A DNA stretch of 62,069 nt, counting the filler, from Polymyxa betae A26-41 (lineage: Eukaryota > Protista > Endomyxa: Phytomyxea): the NCBI GenBank assembly GCA_003693705.1. It is 5 parts of 5 records of this genome, joined end to end, with 100 filler letters (N's around TTAATTAATTAA, not from the genome) between each part and the next. Parts side by side here need not be neighbours in the genome. Positions count along the whole stretch, not along the records: positions 9,142 to 31,610 come from RBZT01000867.1; positions 31,711 to 42,149 come from RBZT01000158.1; 3 more parts are not named here. The stretch is one strand, 5' to 3'. Every line of letters starts with the position of its first letter. Position 1 is the stretch's first letter. Below, one piece after another: positions 26,701-39,349 of this stretch. A program made the translations under genes and the position numbers. The notes beneath the pieces were generated by a model, which worked only from the letters and a program-made list of their open reading frames with translations, was not told the origin of the DNA and made no database searches.

Positions 26701-27950
26701 TCACAGATTCTTTTGTTTGGGTTTGCCGGACCCGAATTCCGACTCGAGATGCCGGAGTAATTGAGCGGGGGTCTGCACGTAGTGCGCTCCGCGGAGGACC
26801 TCGTCGCTGAGCTGGTCCTTGATGAAGCCAAGGGCCGCTGAAGTCGTGACGTGGAAGCAGGACGTGGCCTTGTAACAGCGCAGTAGCCATGCTCGTTGCT
26901 GTAGGGACAGGTGTCGTTATCTATGATAAAGTCATAGAGGTTGCACTGTCGGAGCTTGTTCTCGAGCCGATCGCGCCAGATGGTGTAGTTGTCAACACCT
27001 TTTAGCCGCTCCTGTGGAGGGAAGGGCTGCGGGAGGCAGATCTGGAAGAATGAGGCGTTGTCGTAGCCGTGGAGGATGTGGTCGTCGACGCTTGGGCCGT
27101 GGGAAAGCTGCTGGTTGGCCACGGACGCCGACGGCAAGTTGCCGGGGCGGGCCGTGTGTAGCGGTTTCGTCTCGAGAACGCGACACGTTTTAATAAAGCG
27201 TTGAATTGGATTGTGTTTTATTGGGATTCAATATCAGGCCTCAAACCTCGTTCAGGCCAGTCAAGAGTAGTTCCGGACTTTCCGGACTCCGAGAGCGACT
27301 CATGCAGTCTCTGCCGCCACTGGGACACCAGTGGCGAGGGTCGGCTCTCCCAGTGGCAATTCGGACTCAGTTGATACTTCCATAGGATCAGTCCGCAGGA
27401 TCAATCCGCATCGTGGATTGACCCAGTTTCGTAATTGTCTCAGATTTGAGACAGCTATACTACACAGTCCATACTGGTAGTAATTACTGGTCTTATCGTT
27501 TATATAATCAGATAGTACGCACCATACTGCGTACGGAGGTTTAGACAACCTCAAATCTGATACACGTGCTGTTGAAGAGACCGCCAGCGAACGGGACGGT
27601 CGACAGGGCAAAGCGGTCCCACGACTGAGAAATTTCTGCGGAGAACACGCCCGTGTCGTGCGTCTGCCAGGATCGTAATCCAGGCGGGGCTGTGGTCATT
27701 AGAAAGGGGCCGGCGTAACCCGGCGCCGGCGGAGTGCGCCTGCGTGGGGGCCCTGGGGTCCTGAAACCCTGGGCCAGTACGACCGGGCTGGGCTGCGGTT
27801 GCTGCCCGTGCCTGGCCGATGACGCGGAAGCGTCATGGCGTGACTCAGCATTTTGTGCTAGCTGTGTCTGTGAGGACGAGCCCTGCTGGGCGTTGCCATG
27901 TTGAGGCGGCGGTGTGTTGCCGCCGTTGCTGTGCGTTATCATAAAGATAT
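23728..27950 (-). mobile_element. Ty1/Copia lacking integrase; 3' LTR 23728-23920
   Basis: Gag GVDNYTIW; protease MVDSGCTSH; RT KSIYGLKQAGRTW and VYVDD; RNaseH ADSDWAGD..RKSVSG..SSTEAE..RHIETK. PPT agggggcg then TGTTAG..CAACA on the minus strand. Protease passes almost directly into the RT-proximal region. 5' boundary approximate. Confidence 0.85.
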
Positions 27951-28110
27951 GAAGTTATCAAATCATGTGTTAGCAGTCATGGTTCTTGAAGAGCTTAAGA
28001 AGTGGACTCTGAAGTGAGTTGCATATCTTTTTCCATTCTCTGGCCCGATGGTTTTTTAAAACCGCAACTAGGATTTCCCGGATACTCATACAATATCCGA
28101 ATTTTGTTTT

Positions 28111-28560
28111 AGGGAGGGGAGTGTGTCAATGTATACGCAATATTTGACTAACCGCCGATCGGACCTGACTAAACTCCGTTGATCGGAATCTCTCCGAGTT
28201 CCGAGCTAAACTCCGATCTTAATGATATATTAGGGCTTGTAATCCATCCAATAAAATCATTTTGCATTCATCATTACAATTGTAACATCAACTTAGTAGA
28301 TCGCAGACTTGGGTTGACCGCAGTCTCTTGCGAAGTGTCCGGTTTTCCGCAGTTGAAACACTTGCCCTTCTTCTTGTCTGACGTCCGCTTTTCTTTCGAG
28401 GCTGCCTTTAACACAGCCTGAGGCTCCGCTCCATTGGAACCCTCAACGGTCTTGTAACGTTGTTCTGTGGCCGTCAACTTGTTGATTACTTCGGTTCTTG
28501 AAAGAACAGGACCATTAATAATGATCTCCACAATGTTTGCATATATCGAAATCGCCATAA
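28111..28560. mobile_element. LTR-like fragment after a polypurine tract (+), then a Copia gag zinc-knuckle fragment (-)
   Basis: agggaggggagtg|tgtcaa at 28111-28129; minus-strand KKKGKCFNCGKP. Confidence 0.5.
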
Positions 28561-28731
28561 TCGAAAAATGTTATATTGATATTTATGATCATATTTCAGA
28601 CAGTAAGTACCCTTGAAGGTTCATTCCAATTGAGATCGTTCTTATGTACCCTAAATAAAAATCAGTTTGTTAAAGTTTTCTTATCACCAAGAACTCATCA
28701 GATTAAGAGTCCCAAACTCTCAAACTTTCAC

Positions 28732-31610
28732 ATGGGAAAGAGCGAAGAATCATTTCCCAAAATCGATGGAAATAACTTTTCTGGTTGGGCCCGCAGAATG
28801 GCCAACCTGTTGGTCGAAAAAGACCTCGACCACGTGGTCGGAGTTAACGCGGCAACGATGAAACTGAGCCCAATTCCCCCATTACGGGCAATCAGCCTGT
28901 CGAATTCTGACGTTAACGGCGACGAGAATACAGCGCAGCCGAGATTGGACCCGAATTTCGTCAACGAACGGATGGATATGAAGGCCAGGGCTAAAATCAT
29001 CAAGCGGTGCAGTGATGCAGTACTGAACCTAGTCAACGATCGTACCGCAGCCTCGGCCCATGACCTATTGTTGCGGCAGGAGACCCATTACTCTCGCAGG
29101 ACGCCCGCTGCTACTGTTAAGACTTTTCGGATATTGGCTGCGATGCGGAAAATGTCGGAAGAACACTGCCAGGCATATATCAGCCGAGCAAAGGAAGCAG
29201 TCCGCGAATTCCAGGAAGCTTCCAAGGCAACCCTAACGGACTCTGTGACCGCCCCAGTGATATTAACTGGCCTACCCGATGACTTTCGCTCTATAATTGC
29301 TGTTGCCGAAAGTCACGCTGACGCTCTTGCTACTGACAGGATCTCACTAAAGATTCTCTATCGCGAGATAGAATTGTCTGGGAAACGATATCAGACTCAG
29401 CAGATCCAGGCAAACGTCTCCAGGGGCCGACCTATTTGCGAACACTGCAACAAGGACGGAAGTGGAATCCGATCTCACCACTCTTCTAATTGCTGGACAA
29501 AGCTCCCGGAAAAACGCCCTACAAGTGCGAATAAAAACGACGTTCCGCTCTACATGTCGGCTTTTGCATTTGAAACTTGCACAGGTCACCAAACTGAAAC
29601 GATCATCGACAGCGGAGCCTCCCGGTACGCGATTCGGGACCTCGCAATATTTCAGGACTACCGAGAAAGCCTCCTGGGAAAAGTCTATGCTGGCAATGGC
29701 CAGGCAATTGATATCCATGGAGAGGGGCCGCAAGGATTGACCTAGGCAATCGCGGCCTGATCATGAAAAAGAGTCTTCATATCCCAGATATCGCCTATAA
29801 TTTGGTCTCTGTCGGCCAGAGCACGTCGAAAGGGATGTCTTTCTTCTTTATCGGAGATTTTTGTTATGTTTTAGATTCTCGTATGCAAGTAATCACGCAG
29901 ATGAAAATAACCTTTACCATATCTTTGGAGAAAGCAAAGGTGATGACTCCGATCACAAAGTCGCTGCGGCCATGTCCAAATTCCTCGTCCATTGTAGAAT
30001 TGGGCATATTTCTGAGGCAAACCCCTTGCCGAATTAGAAAAAGCCGTTGTTGGGATCGATTACACGGAGGCGGATGCGAATTCGAAAGACCGTCTCCAAA
30101 ACTGCCCGAGTTGTATAATGGCCAAAATGACACGCACGTCATTTCAATCCCGTACTGAGCGCGCTACTATTCCATTACATAGTTTTTGGGGCGATTATTT
30201 ACGGCCCAATGCCGAAACGCTCAATAGGCGGTAACCGCTACTTTATGACCTTTATTGATGATGCTTCTTACAGTTCGATATATTTTTTGAGTCACAAATC
30301 CGAGGCTCCGAAAATTCTGCAACGGTTTGAGCTGGAAACGTCAAAATTCTTAAGCTGGAACCGCCCCGGCAGCTCGGATCAGGCGGACTGACAGCGCCAA
30401 AGAGCTCTTATTCCGGGAAGCTCAACTATTCTGTGCAAAGCGTGGTATCAGCCACGAAACCTCAATCCCATATAATCCCGAGCAAATGGGGATGCCAGAG
30501 AGGTTGAACCGCACAATATTGGAAAAAGCTGAAAGTATGCGCTTCATTCTGGGCACCCAGAGTCTTTTTGGGCCGAGGCGGTCTGTACGGCAAATTACTT
30601 GCGCAGCCGTACCCCAACTACGTCTTTGGACGGTACCAAGTTCAATGGTATGACACCCCAGGAAGCGCTATTTGGGTACAACCAAGTGTTCTAAAACTCC
30701 GCGTCTTTGGATGTCGTTGTTGGGCATACATCCCGTCCCAAAGACGAAGAAAATTCAAGCCGAGGGCAAGAAAGGCAATCTTCATTGGACCTTCCCAGCA
30801 CCAAAAGGGATACAAGCAGATGGACGCCGCGACAAGGGAAATTTTTTACGGGAATACATGTTCGGTTTGAAGAGGACAAATTCTGGTGGAATATACAGTC
30901 TACTCAGCTAAGGGAGTCCAAAAATGAAGAATTTAATGACACGCCAATTTCCTCAGATAACGATTCTAGCGACATTGGTGATGATATCCCCCAGGAATAT
31001 CATTATTCTGACACCGAATCTGAAATGTCCGTGGATGAAAGTTCACCATTGCGCAACGAGACTGGGGACCCCGGTGATGATTCTGACCCTCTGGGGACGA
31101 CGAGGCATTTTTAAACGACGAAACCCAGGATTCTGCACCAGAACCATCTCAGCCCGCCGTATTCCAAGAACTTGCGGAACCCTCGGAAGAAGAGCCTGTG
31201 AAGTCAGCGCGTACCAGAAAGATTCCTTCACGATACGATCCTGTCGATTTTCCCATTTTGAAAAGACACGAAATGAATAGCGTTGAATCGATGATGGGGC
31301 TTCCGAAAAGACTTTGTTTTGAATGCTGTATCAAAATTTTTTGCAAGCCAGACTAGTTATTCAGGGCAGTTCTCAACATGCAGGTATCGGTTATGATGAA
31401 ACTTTTGCGCCTGTCGCTCGGCAAGAGTCTTTGCGCATTTTATTGGCAATTGCAGCCGAGAAAATTTGGCCCTAAAACAAGTCGATGTTGTAAGCGCCTA
31501 TCTTAATGGTCATCTGGAGGATGAAATCTTCATGAATCAGCGGCCAGGTTATATCAACGAAAAGAGACCTAATGCAGTCTGTCAATCGAAAAAGGCATTG
31601 TACGGATTAC
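28732..31610 (+). mobile_element. Degenerate Ty1/Copia (gag, protease, integrase, start of RT), cut by the gap
   Basis: KIDGNNFSGW, CEHC..H..NC, IIDSGAS, NLVSVGQ, GGNRYFMTFIDD, LRVFGC, KQVDVVSAYLNG..KKALYGL. Confidence 0.9.
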
Positions 31611-31710
31611 NNNNNNNNNNNNNNNNNNNNNNNNNNNNNNNNNNNNNNNNNNNNTTAATTAATTAANNNNNNNNNNNNNNNNNNNNNNNNNNNNNNNNNN
31701 NNNNNNNNNN
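31611..31710. other. Artificial contig linker
   Basis: Same 100-nt N/TTAATTAATTAA linker. Confidence 0.98.
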
Positions 31711-32023
31711 TTGTTATATGTTGAATATCATAAATATTAATACATTACATGTAGATCTGCCTGTGGATAGTGATATCTTTTTCAATTTGAACAATACAAT
31801 CCATACGATACGCTATGTATAAACAATACGAATGTTGTGTGATGAATATTGGCTCTGAGTTTGTCTCATCAAGAGCCGCAACAAGAAAATCAACTGTATT
31901 ATAAATCATTGATCGCCAATATCGTCAGATGACCCAGACGTGCTCGATGGTGATTGATTTACTGGATGGTGACGGTGACAGGATGGGCGATAATCTAGAT
32001 GGCGATTACAGTGTCTAATCACT

Positions 32024-35000
32024 TGTATTAATATATATTTTCTCTCTAAGTAGAAATAAAAAGTGCGCTAATAGAAGGAAGTGCGCAACTCGCGCAGTAT
32101 CTAGAAGAATGTCTCCATTGTCAAAAGCCCTGGACAACAAGCTGGAAAGGCCAGATTCACGTTCCGACGGAAGCTGCGTCACGGACTGCGAGATACCGAG
32201 ACTACCCTGGCCCTGACTAGCTGTCGAAATACAGATTCCATCTACAGCACTGTTACAAAAGTCTGTCTCTTTAGTAGAAAGTGCTATAAAGCTAGCTTTA
32301 ATGGCGAACACTACATCACCAAAATCCAGATCTCGAAGATCCACACGGAGCAGTAAAACAACGGACAACAAACAAAGCGAGCTGGACCACGCCGTCAGAG
32401 CAGCTGAGGAAGTACCTGATAATTCCAGCTCAAATTCCACAAGTATTGAAGAACAAGCTGTCAAGAAAAAGATCAGCACGATGGCTTTTGAAGTTAACAA
32501 AGCCCCAAGACTCGAGGAAGCCGATCGCCAGGACCTGGTGAAGTTTTTGGACGAGTACAAGCGATATCTAGAAGTTTTTGAAGAGGCTGGAGCGGATGGG
32601 ATGGATCCCCGCTCACTGAAGACCATGATTAAGCCAAGTTTGCTGAAGGCCATTTGCCGATACGAACTTGAAGGCATTGACCCGTCAGAAGTGACGGCAT
32701 CTGCTTTATACAGTTGGATGAAATCCCAAATTGAACGGGATCGAACAGACGGGGCCGATATGGCCAAAGGATGAGGAAACTCAGAATGAAGACTGAAGGA
32801 ACCCCGCTGGGACGAGTACTCTCCCTACAGTCCAACTTCATGGACATTGTAACGAAGTTCGGGTGGGAAGACTCTTTCAAAGGCCGAGATGGACGCAAGC
32901 TCGAAGTAAAATTTTATCTTGAGGCAGTACGGCCATTTAAGCTGCGAGACAAGTTGAAGAAGTTGGCCAGTGTCAACCAGCCCAGTTTGCAGAAGAGCCC
33001 TGACGAATTCCTGCAATTGCTGAAAGACAAGGTCTGCAGTCATCAGGAGTGGGAAGACTGCGAAGAGCAGCCCGCAAAGAAGGCGCGCGCAGCCCGGCGG
33101 GAGTGCCAACAAGGAGGTGAATGGCAATAAGAAACGGGTCAGTACGGAGTCACGCGGAGCGCGGCCTCCTCAAAAGCGCCCGAAGATCGATGAAGAACGG
33201 GGGAAGAATATCGAGTGCTATCATTGCGAGGAGATAGGACATCCCGTCTCGCATGTCCGCAGAATCTCAGCAAGGAGAAGATTGCCCAGATTCTAAAGGA
33301 TCGCAAGAAGAAGGCTGTTGATAATAAACAGAAGAAGAAGAGTGATTATTTGTTGGTGTGTCGACTCGCTAGATGCGAAGAAATGGCGAATGGTCGAATT
33401 ATGGCAAAAATAAATGAAGGAAATTACGTACCTGCGATTCTGGACAACGGTACTGTTAAAGACAGAAACAGGTAGCTATAGCAATGGAATCAGGGGAACA
33501 GGGTTAGCAGGAGCTGACGACGAGAAGACAAGAGACTAGGGACGTGATTGGTACACTCACGAAACAGATCTGGCGATCTGGCCGTGGAAGACGTGTTTAT
33601 GTTGGATCAATAAGTCCGTGAACTTTGCACTACGTAACAGGTACAACAGACGTTTGCCTCATACCTAGAACAATTGCGGAAGATGCAATGAAAAGTGGTG
33701 ATTTAGAAGCGGAAAAATTGGACCCACCAGTTAAGCTACGACTTGGTGACAATGAAACCGAAATCGAGGCCAAGGAGGCAGTCACTGTGGTGATCAGATT
33801 GAAGACAAAGGTTGGCGAGCTGATCACTCGTATACACCGATGTCTCATCTGGGATGTTCCCAGTGATGAGATTACCTTAGGCGGAGATTTTCTGAAGCAG
33901 TTGGGTATTGATCCGGAATCAGCTTTAGAAACGCTGATAATAGAAAACAATGGTAATTGTTTTGGTCAGAAAGAAGTAGTTACCGGTGACACAGAAGCCG
34001 AAAAGGAAGTAGAAAACGGTCGGGAATTGCATTCAGAGGGAATGCAGTTTTCGGAAGTCGATGACGTTTTAATTGGAGAGGTCATCACAGAAGAAATTGA
34101 CAGTAGCCTAGAAGAAACTATTCGAAATGCTGCTAAGAATCAACTGCCAGAAGAATGGCAGAATAAACTGAGACATTTGGTTAAAAAGTATGGCTCAGTC
34201 TGGCGTAAGAGTCTAGGTCCAGATTCGCCAGCAAAAGTAACACCGTTCAAAACCCAAGTAAAGCCCAACGCAAAACCGTTCAAGTGTAGGGCAAGAAAGT
34301 ATAGCACCGAAGACAGCGAATTTCTGAAAAAGTTTGTTGACGAACTAATGAAGTACGGTCTAGTTGAAGAAAATTACAACTCAGAATGGTCATCGCCAGC
34401 ACTAGTTGATAAAAAGTCAGATGGAGGCAGCAGAATGACCGTTGATCTGAGGGGAGTGAGTGCTCTCTGCGAAAGTACGGTCTGGCCTATGCCATTTATG
34501 GAAGCGATTGTTACACATCTAGCTGGATCCAAAGGCTGGTTCAGATTGGACGCTTTTAAAGGATTCTGGATGATGCCATTATCAGAAGAATGTAGAGAGA
34601 TGTTCTCTTTCATGACCGACAGGGGTGTGTTCACTCCATTCAGATCCATCCAAGGAGCACTGAATTCAGCTACACAGTTTCAGGCCAGAATGTCTGAAGT
34701 ATCCAAAAGTTTACTTTATAAGAAACTAATTATTTGGATTGATGATCTATTGGGGTACTGCACTAGCTACGAAGATTGGTATAACAGTTTAGAAGAAACC
34801 CTAAAAATAGCGGAGAAATACAACATTAAGTTTAATGTCTCAAAGTGCGACTTATTCACAAAGGAAGTGAAATTCTGTGGCAGAGTGTTCTCACCGGAAG
34901 GTGTCGAGCATGACTCTGCAAGAATAGAAGCGCTAATAAACATTCCGCAGCCGAGGACTGCTAGAGACCTGCAGCAGTTCCTAATGGCAGCTCAGTGGAT

Positions 35001-37667
35001 GAGCAGATCCATCCCAGATTATAATACAAAAGTTCATTTGCTCCAAAAAATCTTTGAAGAGTGCATGAAAAATATGCCGAGCAGGAAGAAAAGCGTGGCT
35101 CGACAAGTCAGATTGATGAAGTTTGGATGGAAGCCAGAGCACGCGTTAGCTTTTGAGAAGCTAAAAATGTCGATTGCGCAAAGTGCGAGACTCGGATATC
35201 CGCGACAGGACCGAATCCAGTGTATGTTCACTGACGCCAATGATTATAACACATCCGGCATGGTTACGCAGATTCCGATCGAGGATGCTGAGAAACCTGT
35301 AGAACTGCAAAGACACGAACCTCTCGGCTTTGTAGGACACAGATTCAATGCGACCGAAGTGAATTGGAAGGTTGGGGAAAAGAAGGATTCGCAATAAAAG
35401 ATACAATGCAAAAATTAGATTACCTTTTGCAAATGAAGAGACCATTTAAATTGTTTGTCGACCATAAAAATTTACATCAAATATTCTCGCCAAAAGAAGT
35501 CTCTAAGCCAACTGCTCAGAAGTTGCAGAGATGGGCTTTAGAGTTACAGAGGTTCAATTAAGAAATTGAACATATTAGTGGCGAAGACAATGTTTGGGCA
35601 GATCTAATGACACGATGGGGAGCGCCAAGTTTAGAAGCGGACTGGACAGAGAAGCTCGCCGTAAATGTACGAAGAATTACTAAAGCGACTATATCGGAAG
35701 AAATGAGAATTCGGCCACTGCAAAGAGCAGAGTTCAGATGGCCTAGTATTGAAGAAATTAAAATATAACAGAAGAAATGGCTCGAATAATCGAAATTTGT
35801 TAATACAAACTCAGAAGGACTGGTAGTTACGAAATCTGGAAAGATAGTAATTCCGGAGAAAAGTGAAGATTTGAAGATTAGATTGTGTAATATTGCACAT
35901 AATGGGGGTAATAGTGGCCATCTTGGCTACCAGGCAGCAACCCGGAAACTCGCCGAATTTTGTTGGTGGAAGGGTTGTGAAAAAGTTATGATACATCTAT
36001 GTAACAAGTGTCTACATTGCCTGCCGACAAGAGGCGGGGTACGGATCCCGCGACCACTGGGAGAAGCCTTTCACGGTACGCAACGGAATGAGGTCTTACA
36101 TATGGACTGGATATATGTCATGCCGGCCCCGCATAAGGGCCCACATGAATTCCAGTGGAACCTGATTTTGAGAGAAGATCTCACAGGTATGATAAAAATT
36201 ACTCCAGCGCAAACGCCGAACACTGCTGTAACGGTAGAAGCGCTATTAGAATGGAGAGCGTTGTTTGGAAGCCCGAAGATGATAGTCACGGACATGGGAT
36301 CGTACTTCACGTCCGAAGTGATGAAAGAATTTGCAAGAAGATGCAACATGAGACAGCATCTGACAGTTGCATATGGGCATTTAACAACGGCTCAATAGAA
36401 GTTACAAACAAAAACTTTTTATTGTTAATCAGAGCCCTGTTGTCAGAGCTGAGATGGGAGAAGCATGACTGGCCCTATCTCAATCACAACATTGAGCATA
36501 CTATCAATCACAGAGAGCAGACTCGACTCAATGGTTATGCACCAATCACAGTGATGAGCGGTCTAAAACCGGATAACCCGTTAACAGAAGTGTTCCATAA
36601 TCCAAATCAGAAGACGATTTCTGAAAGTCCCTTGGAAAAAACGCATATTGAAAAATGCGTGAAGAGTTTGGAAAGTGCGTTAGTAGAAATGCACAGGAAA
36701 GTAACGGAGAAGTCAGCAAAACTGCGTGCTAAAAAACGTGCGCAGAAAGATCAGTTTAGAAGAACACCAAATTTTCAGGTTGGTGATTATGTCTTAATTG
36801 GACTACCAGAGCCGAACATAGCGGGCAAGAAGCTGTTCCTTAAATGGAGAGGCCCGTACCGTATTACAGATACACAAAATAATTATGTTTTTGAAGTCGA
36901 AAATATAATTGATAAAAAGAAAAAAAGTGTTCATGGTGACAGAGTGCGATATTATGATGACGGGAAGTTAAATGTTACAGAAGAAATGAAAGCGCAGTTC
37001 GCTCATGACAATTTTTCTTATGAAGTTAAGGAGTTTATTGGAGCCCGTATAAGTACCGAAACTGGGAAGCTACAGTTTTTGGTTGAATGGAAAGGATTTA
37101 CATCTGACGATAACTCCTGGGAAAATCTAGAAAATCTTAACGTAGATGTTCCAGTACTAGTCGCTAAGTATGCTAAAAAACTGAAGTCAGAAAATCACAT
37201 ATTGTCTGAAGACATTTTCAGATTTATTAACCAGAAGAGCTGATTGTTGGGAGTCAAGCTTTTTGTCCCATATGGCCCATGGGTTTTTGATGCGATATCC
37301 TGAAATCAGCGAATAGAAGAATACACATGTGATAATGGCGCCATTAAATGTGTATAGAAGCGGTTTCACAAGAAGTTAAAATAATTTTTGATAAAGGGGA
37401 ATGTATCAATATGTATTTTCTCTCTAAGTAGAAATAAAAGTGCGCTAATAGGAGGAAGTGCGCAACTCGCGCAGTATCTAGAAGAATGTCTCCATTGTCA
37501 AAAGCCCTGGACTACAAGCTGGAAAGGCCAGATTCACGTTCCGACGGAAGCTGCGTCACGGACTGTGAGATACCGAGACTACCCTGGCCCTGACTAGCTG
37601 TCGAAATACAGATTCCATTTACAGCACTGTTACAAAAGTCTGTCTCTTTAGTAGAAAGTGCTATACA
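32024..37667 (+). mobile_element. Full-length chromodomain-bearing Ty3/Gypsy LTR retrotransposon, inactivated
   Basis: Near-identical LTRs 32024-32290 and 37402-37667; PPT taaaggggaa; gag from 32301; protease ILDNG; RT IIWIDDL; RNaseH FTDAND..FVDHKNL; integrase H..H..C..C, LHMDW, VTDMG; chromodomain YEVKEFI..QFLVEWKGF..NSWE. Flanks cact/ctct. Confidence 0.95.
33454..33639. mobile_element. Solo LTR (186 bp) of another retroelement inside the Gypsy protease
   Basis: TGTTA..TAACA ends with perfect 5-bp TSD ggtac (33449-33453 and 33640-33644). Removing it restores AILDNGTTDVCLIP. Confidence 0.92.
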
Positions 37668-37874
37668 CTCTAATGCATTATATTGAGTTTACAACTTTGA
37701 ATACAATATCATATCTGGTGATGAGTCTCGATTTATTCAGGGTTGTAGGGTTTATAATTGCAGATTTCCACCTGATTCATTATAATAATCAATTAGGAAT
37801 ATTACTATCAATAAATGGCTCATAGAGTTGGATTGTATTTGGGTTTAGGGTTTAGGGTTCTAGGGTTTAGATTT

Positions 37875-38040
37875 ACAGTGAACTCCCTATATATCTCCCT
37901 GCCCCTAATCACCAAGTCCGTCGCGGCGCTCCAGTTCCAGTTCTGACCAAGCTGGATCCGGCCCAGCGAATAGAATCAGTCGTGTTCCCCTCTCTCTCGC
38001 CTCCTCGTAGATCCATCACATAACAGGTTATGGGCCTCCA
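37875..38040 (+). mobile_element. Copia 5' LTR remnant with primer-binding site
   Basis: ..TAACA|GGTTATGGGCC at 38021-38036, a common Copia LTR/PBS junction. Left boundary unclear. Confidence 0.55.
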
Positions 38041-38372
38041 CGCTAACCCGTTCAACCAGCTCCATTTGCAATCAACCCCTTCCACCAATCATCATAACTT
38101 CCCATCATCAAAAATCTCAACAAAGATAATGGTCGATAGTGCAGGCCTCGTTATATTTGGCAAACTAATAATAGATGCCAAATTTACCAAAATTAAAGAA
38201 AAATAAACATGTCCGTTAATTGGCCGGATTTTGAACGTCAAAAACTGCGCACTCGCCTGACTTTGCCTCTGTCCGTTAATTCTTGGTCAGAGTATAAAGT
38301 TTGGCCAATTTTTTTTGCGGGTGTAGTTTGGTAGGGCATGTAGGGGTTAGCAACTCTGTTCTGTGTTCATCT

Positions 38373-39346
38373 ATGGAAGGCGCCATGGATTTAACTACAT
38401 CCATGGATTTTCTAGACTTTTCGGAGGTGGAGTTGGCGGCCATTGGCGCTGTTGCCATTGCCTCGTTCAACACCTGGTATCTATTCGACGACGACGAACT
38501 GAGTGAGCAGGATCAATCGTTTATAATTCCATCGATTGGCGTTCGAGATCAGCTTGCTATCTTGATGCAATCTCCTTCTTTAATCAAGATGCTTACCAAT
38601 TTTACTATCGAAGAATTCGAGGAGCTGTGCAGTGCAGTCGGTCCATTGATTGCAAATACTGCTCGAACAACTGGCGCCCCCAAGTCGAATGTCGGTCGGC
38701 CACCGAAGCTCTCTCCTGAGCAACGGGTTCTACACCAGGTATTTTACCTAAAACATGATAACATCGTTCGTTTTGATTCATTTAATTGGAATTAATCAAA
38801 GTCATCTGCTTGTGATGATGCCATTTTTGTTGCTAGCTGTGTCAATGAGGCTCTGAAGCATGAACTTCAATGGCCAAATGCCAATGAACGTCATGCCCTA
38901 GCCCAATTTCTTCCAGATTTTTGTGGCTGCATCGGGTTTATCGATGGTATTCTAATCGAGATCCCTCGTCCATCGGCAGAGGTTCGTGCCGATCGCCAAA
39001 GACTTTGGTATAACGGCCGTAAGTCAATGTATTGCTTCAACAATACTGTCGTTGTTGATCACAACGGGCTGTTCATCTACATCGACCCTGGCTATCCAGG
39101 ATCTTTTCTCATGATGTCAGTTGCTTGAGGCAGTCAGACCTTTACAAAGATTGGCGTCGCTAGTTTGCTCATACAGATGAGTACTTTGAATACCTCCTTG
39201 GCGATCCTGGCTACGTCGGCGAGGATATGTTTATCATGCGTCGAATCGGGAGACGAGAAACTGTTGAAGGCGGTGAAATTTCTGTGATTGATGCTTTTAA
39301 CACCATGCACGCGGGATATCGAGTTCAAGTTGAGTGGGAAATAGGA
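38373..39346 (+). mobile_element. PIF/Harbinger transposase pseudogene, paralogue of 12103-13298, 3'-truncated
   Basis: LTNFTIEEFEELC, GRPPKLSPEQR..YLKHD, CIGFIDG, WYNGRK..CFNNTVVVDHNG, LGDPGY. Confidence 0.88.
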
Positions 39347-39349
39347 GGA

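Noticed and set aside
37874-37890. TA|CAGTGAAC as a Tc1/mariner end
   Set aside because: No matching right TIR or transposase found; the downstream sequence reads as a Copia LTR plus PBS.
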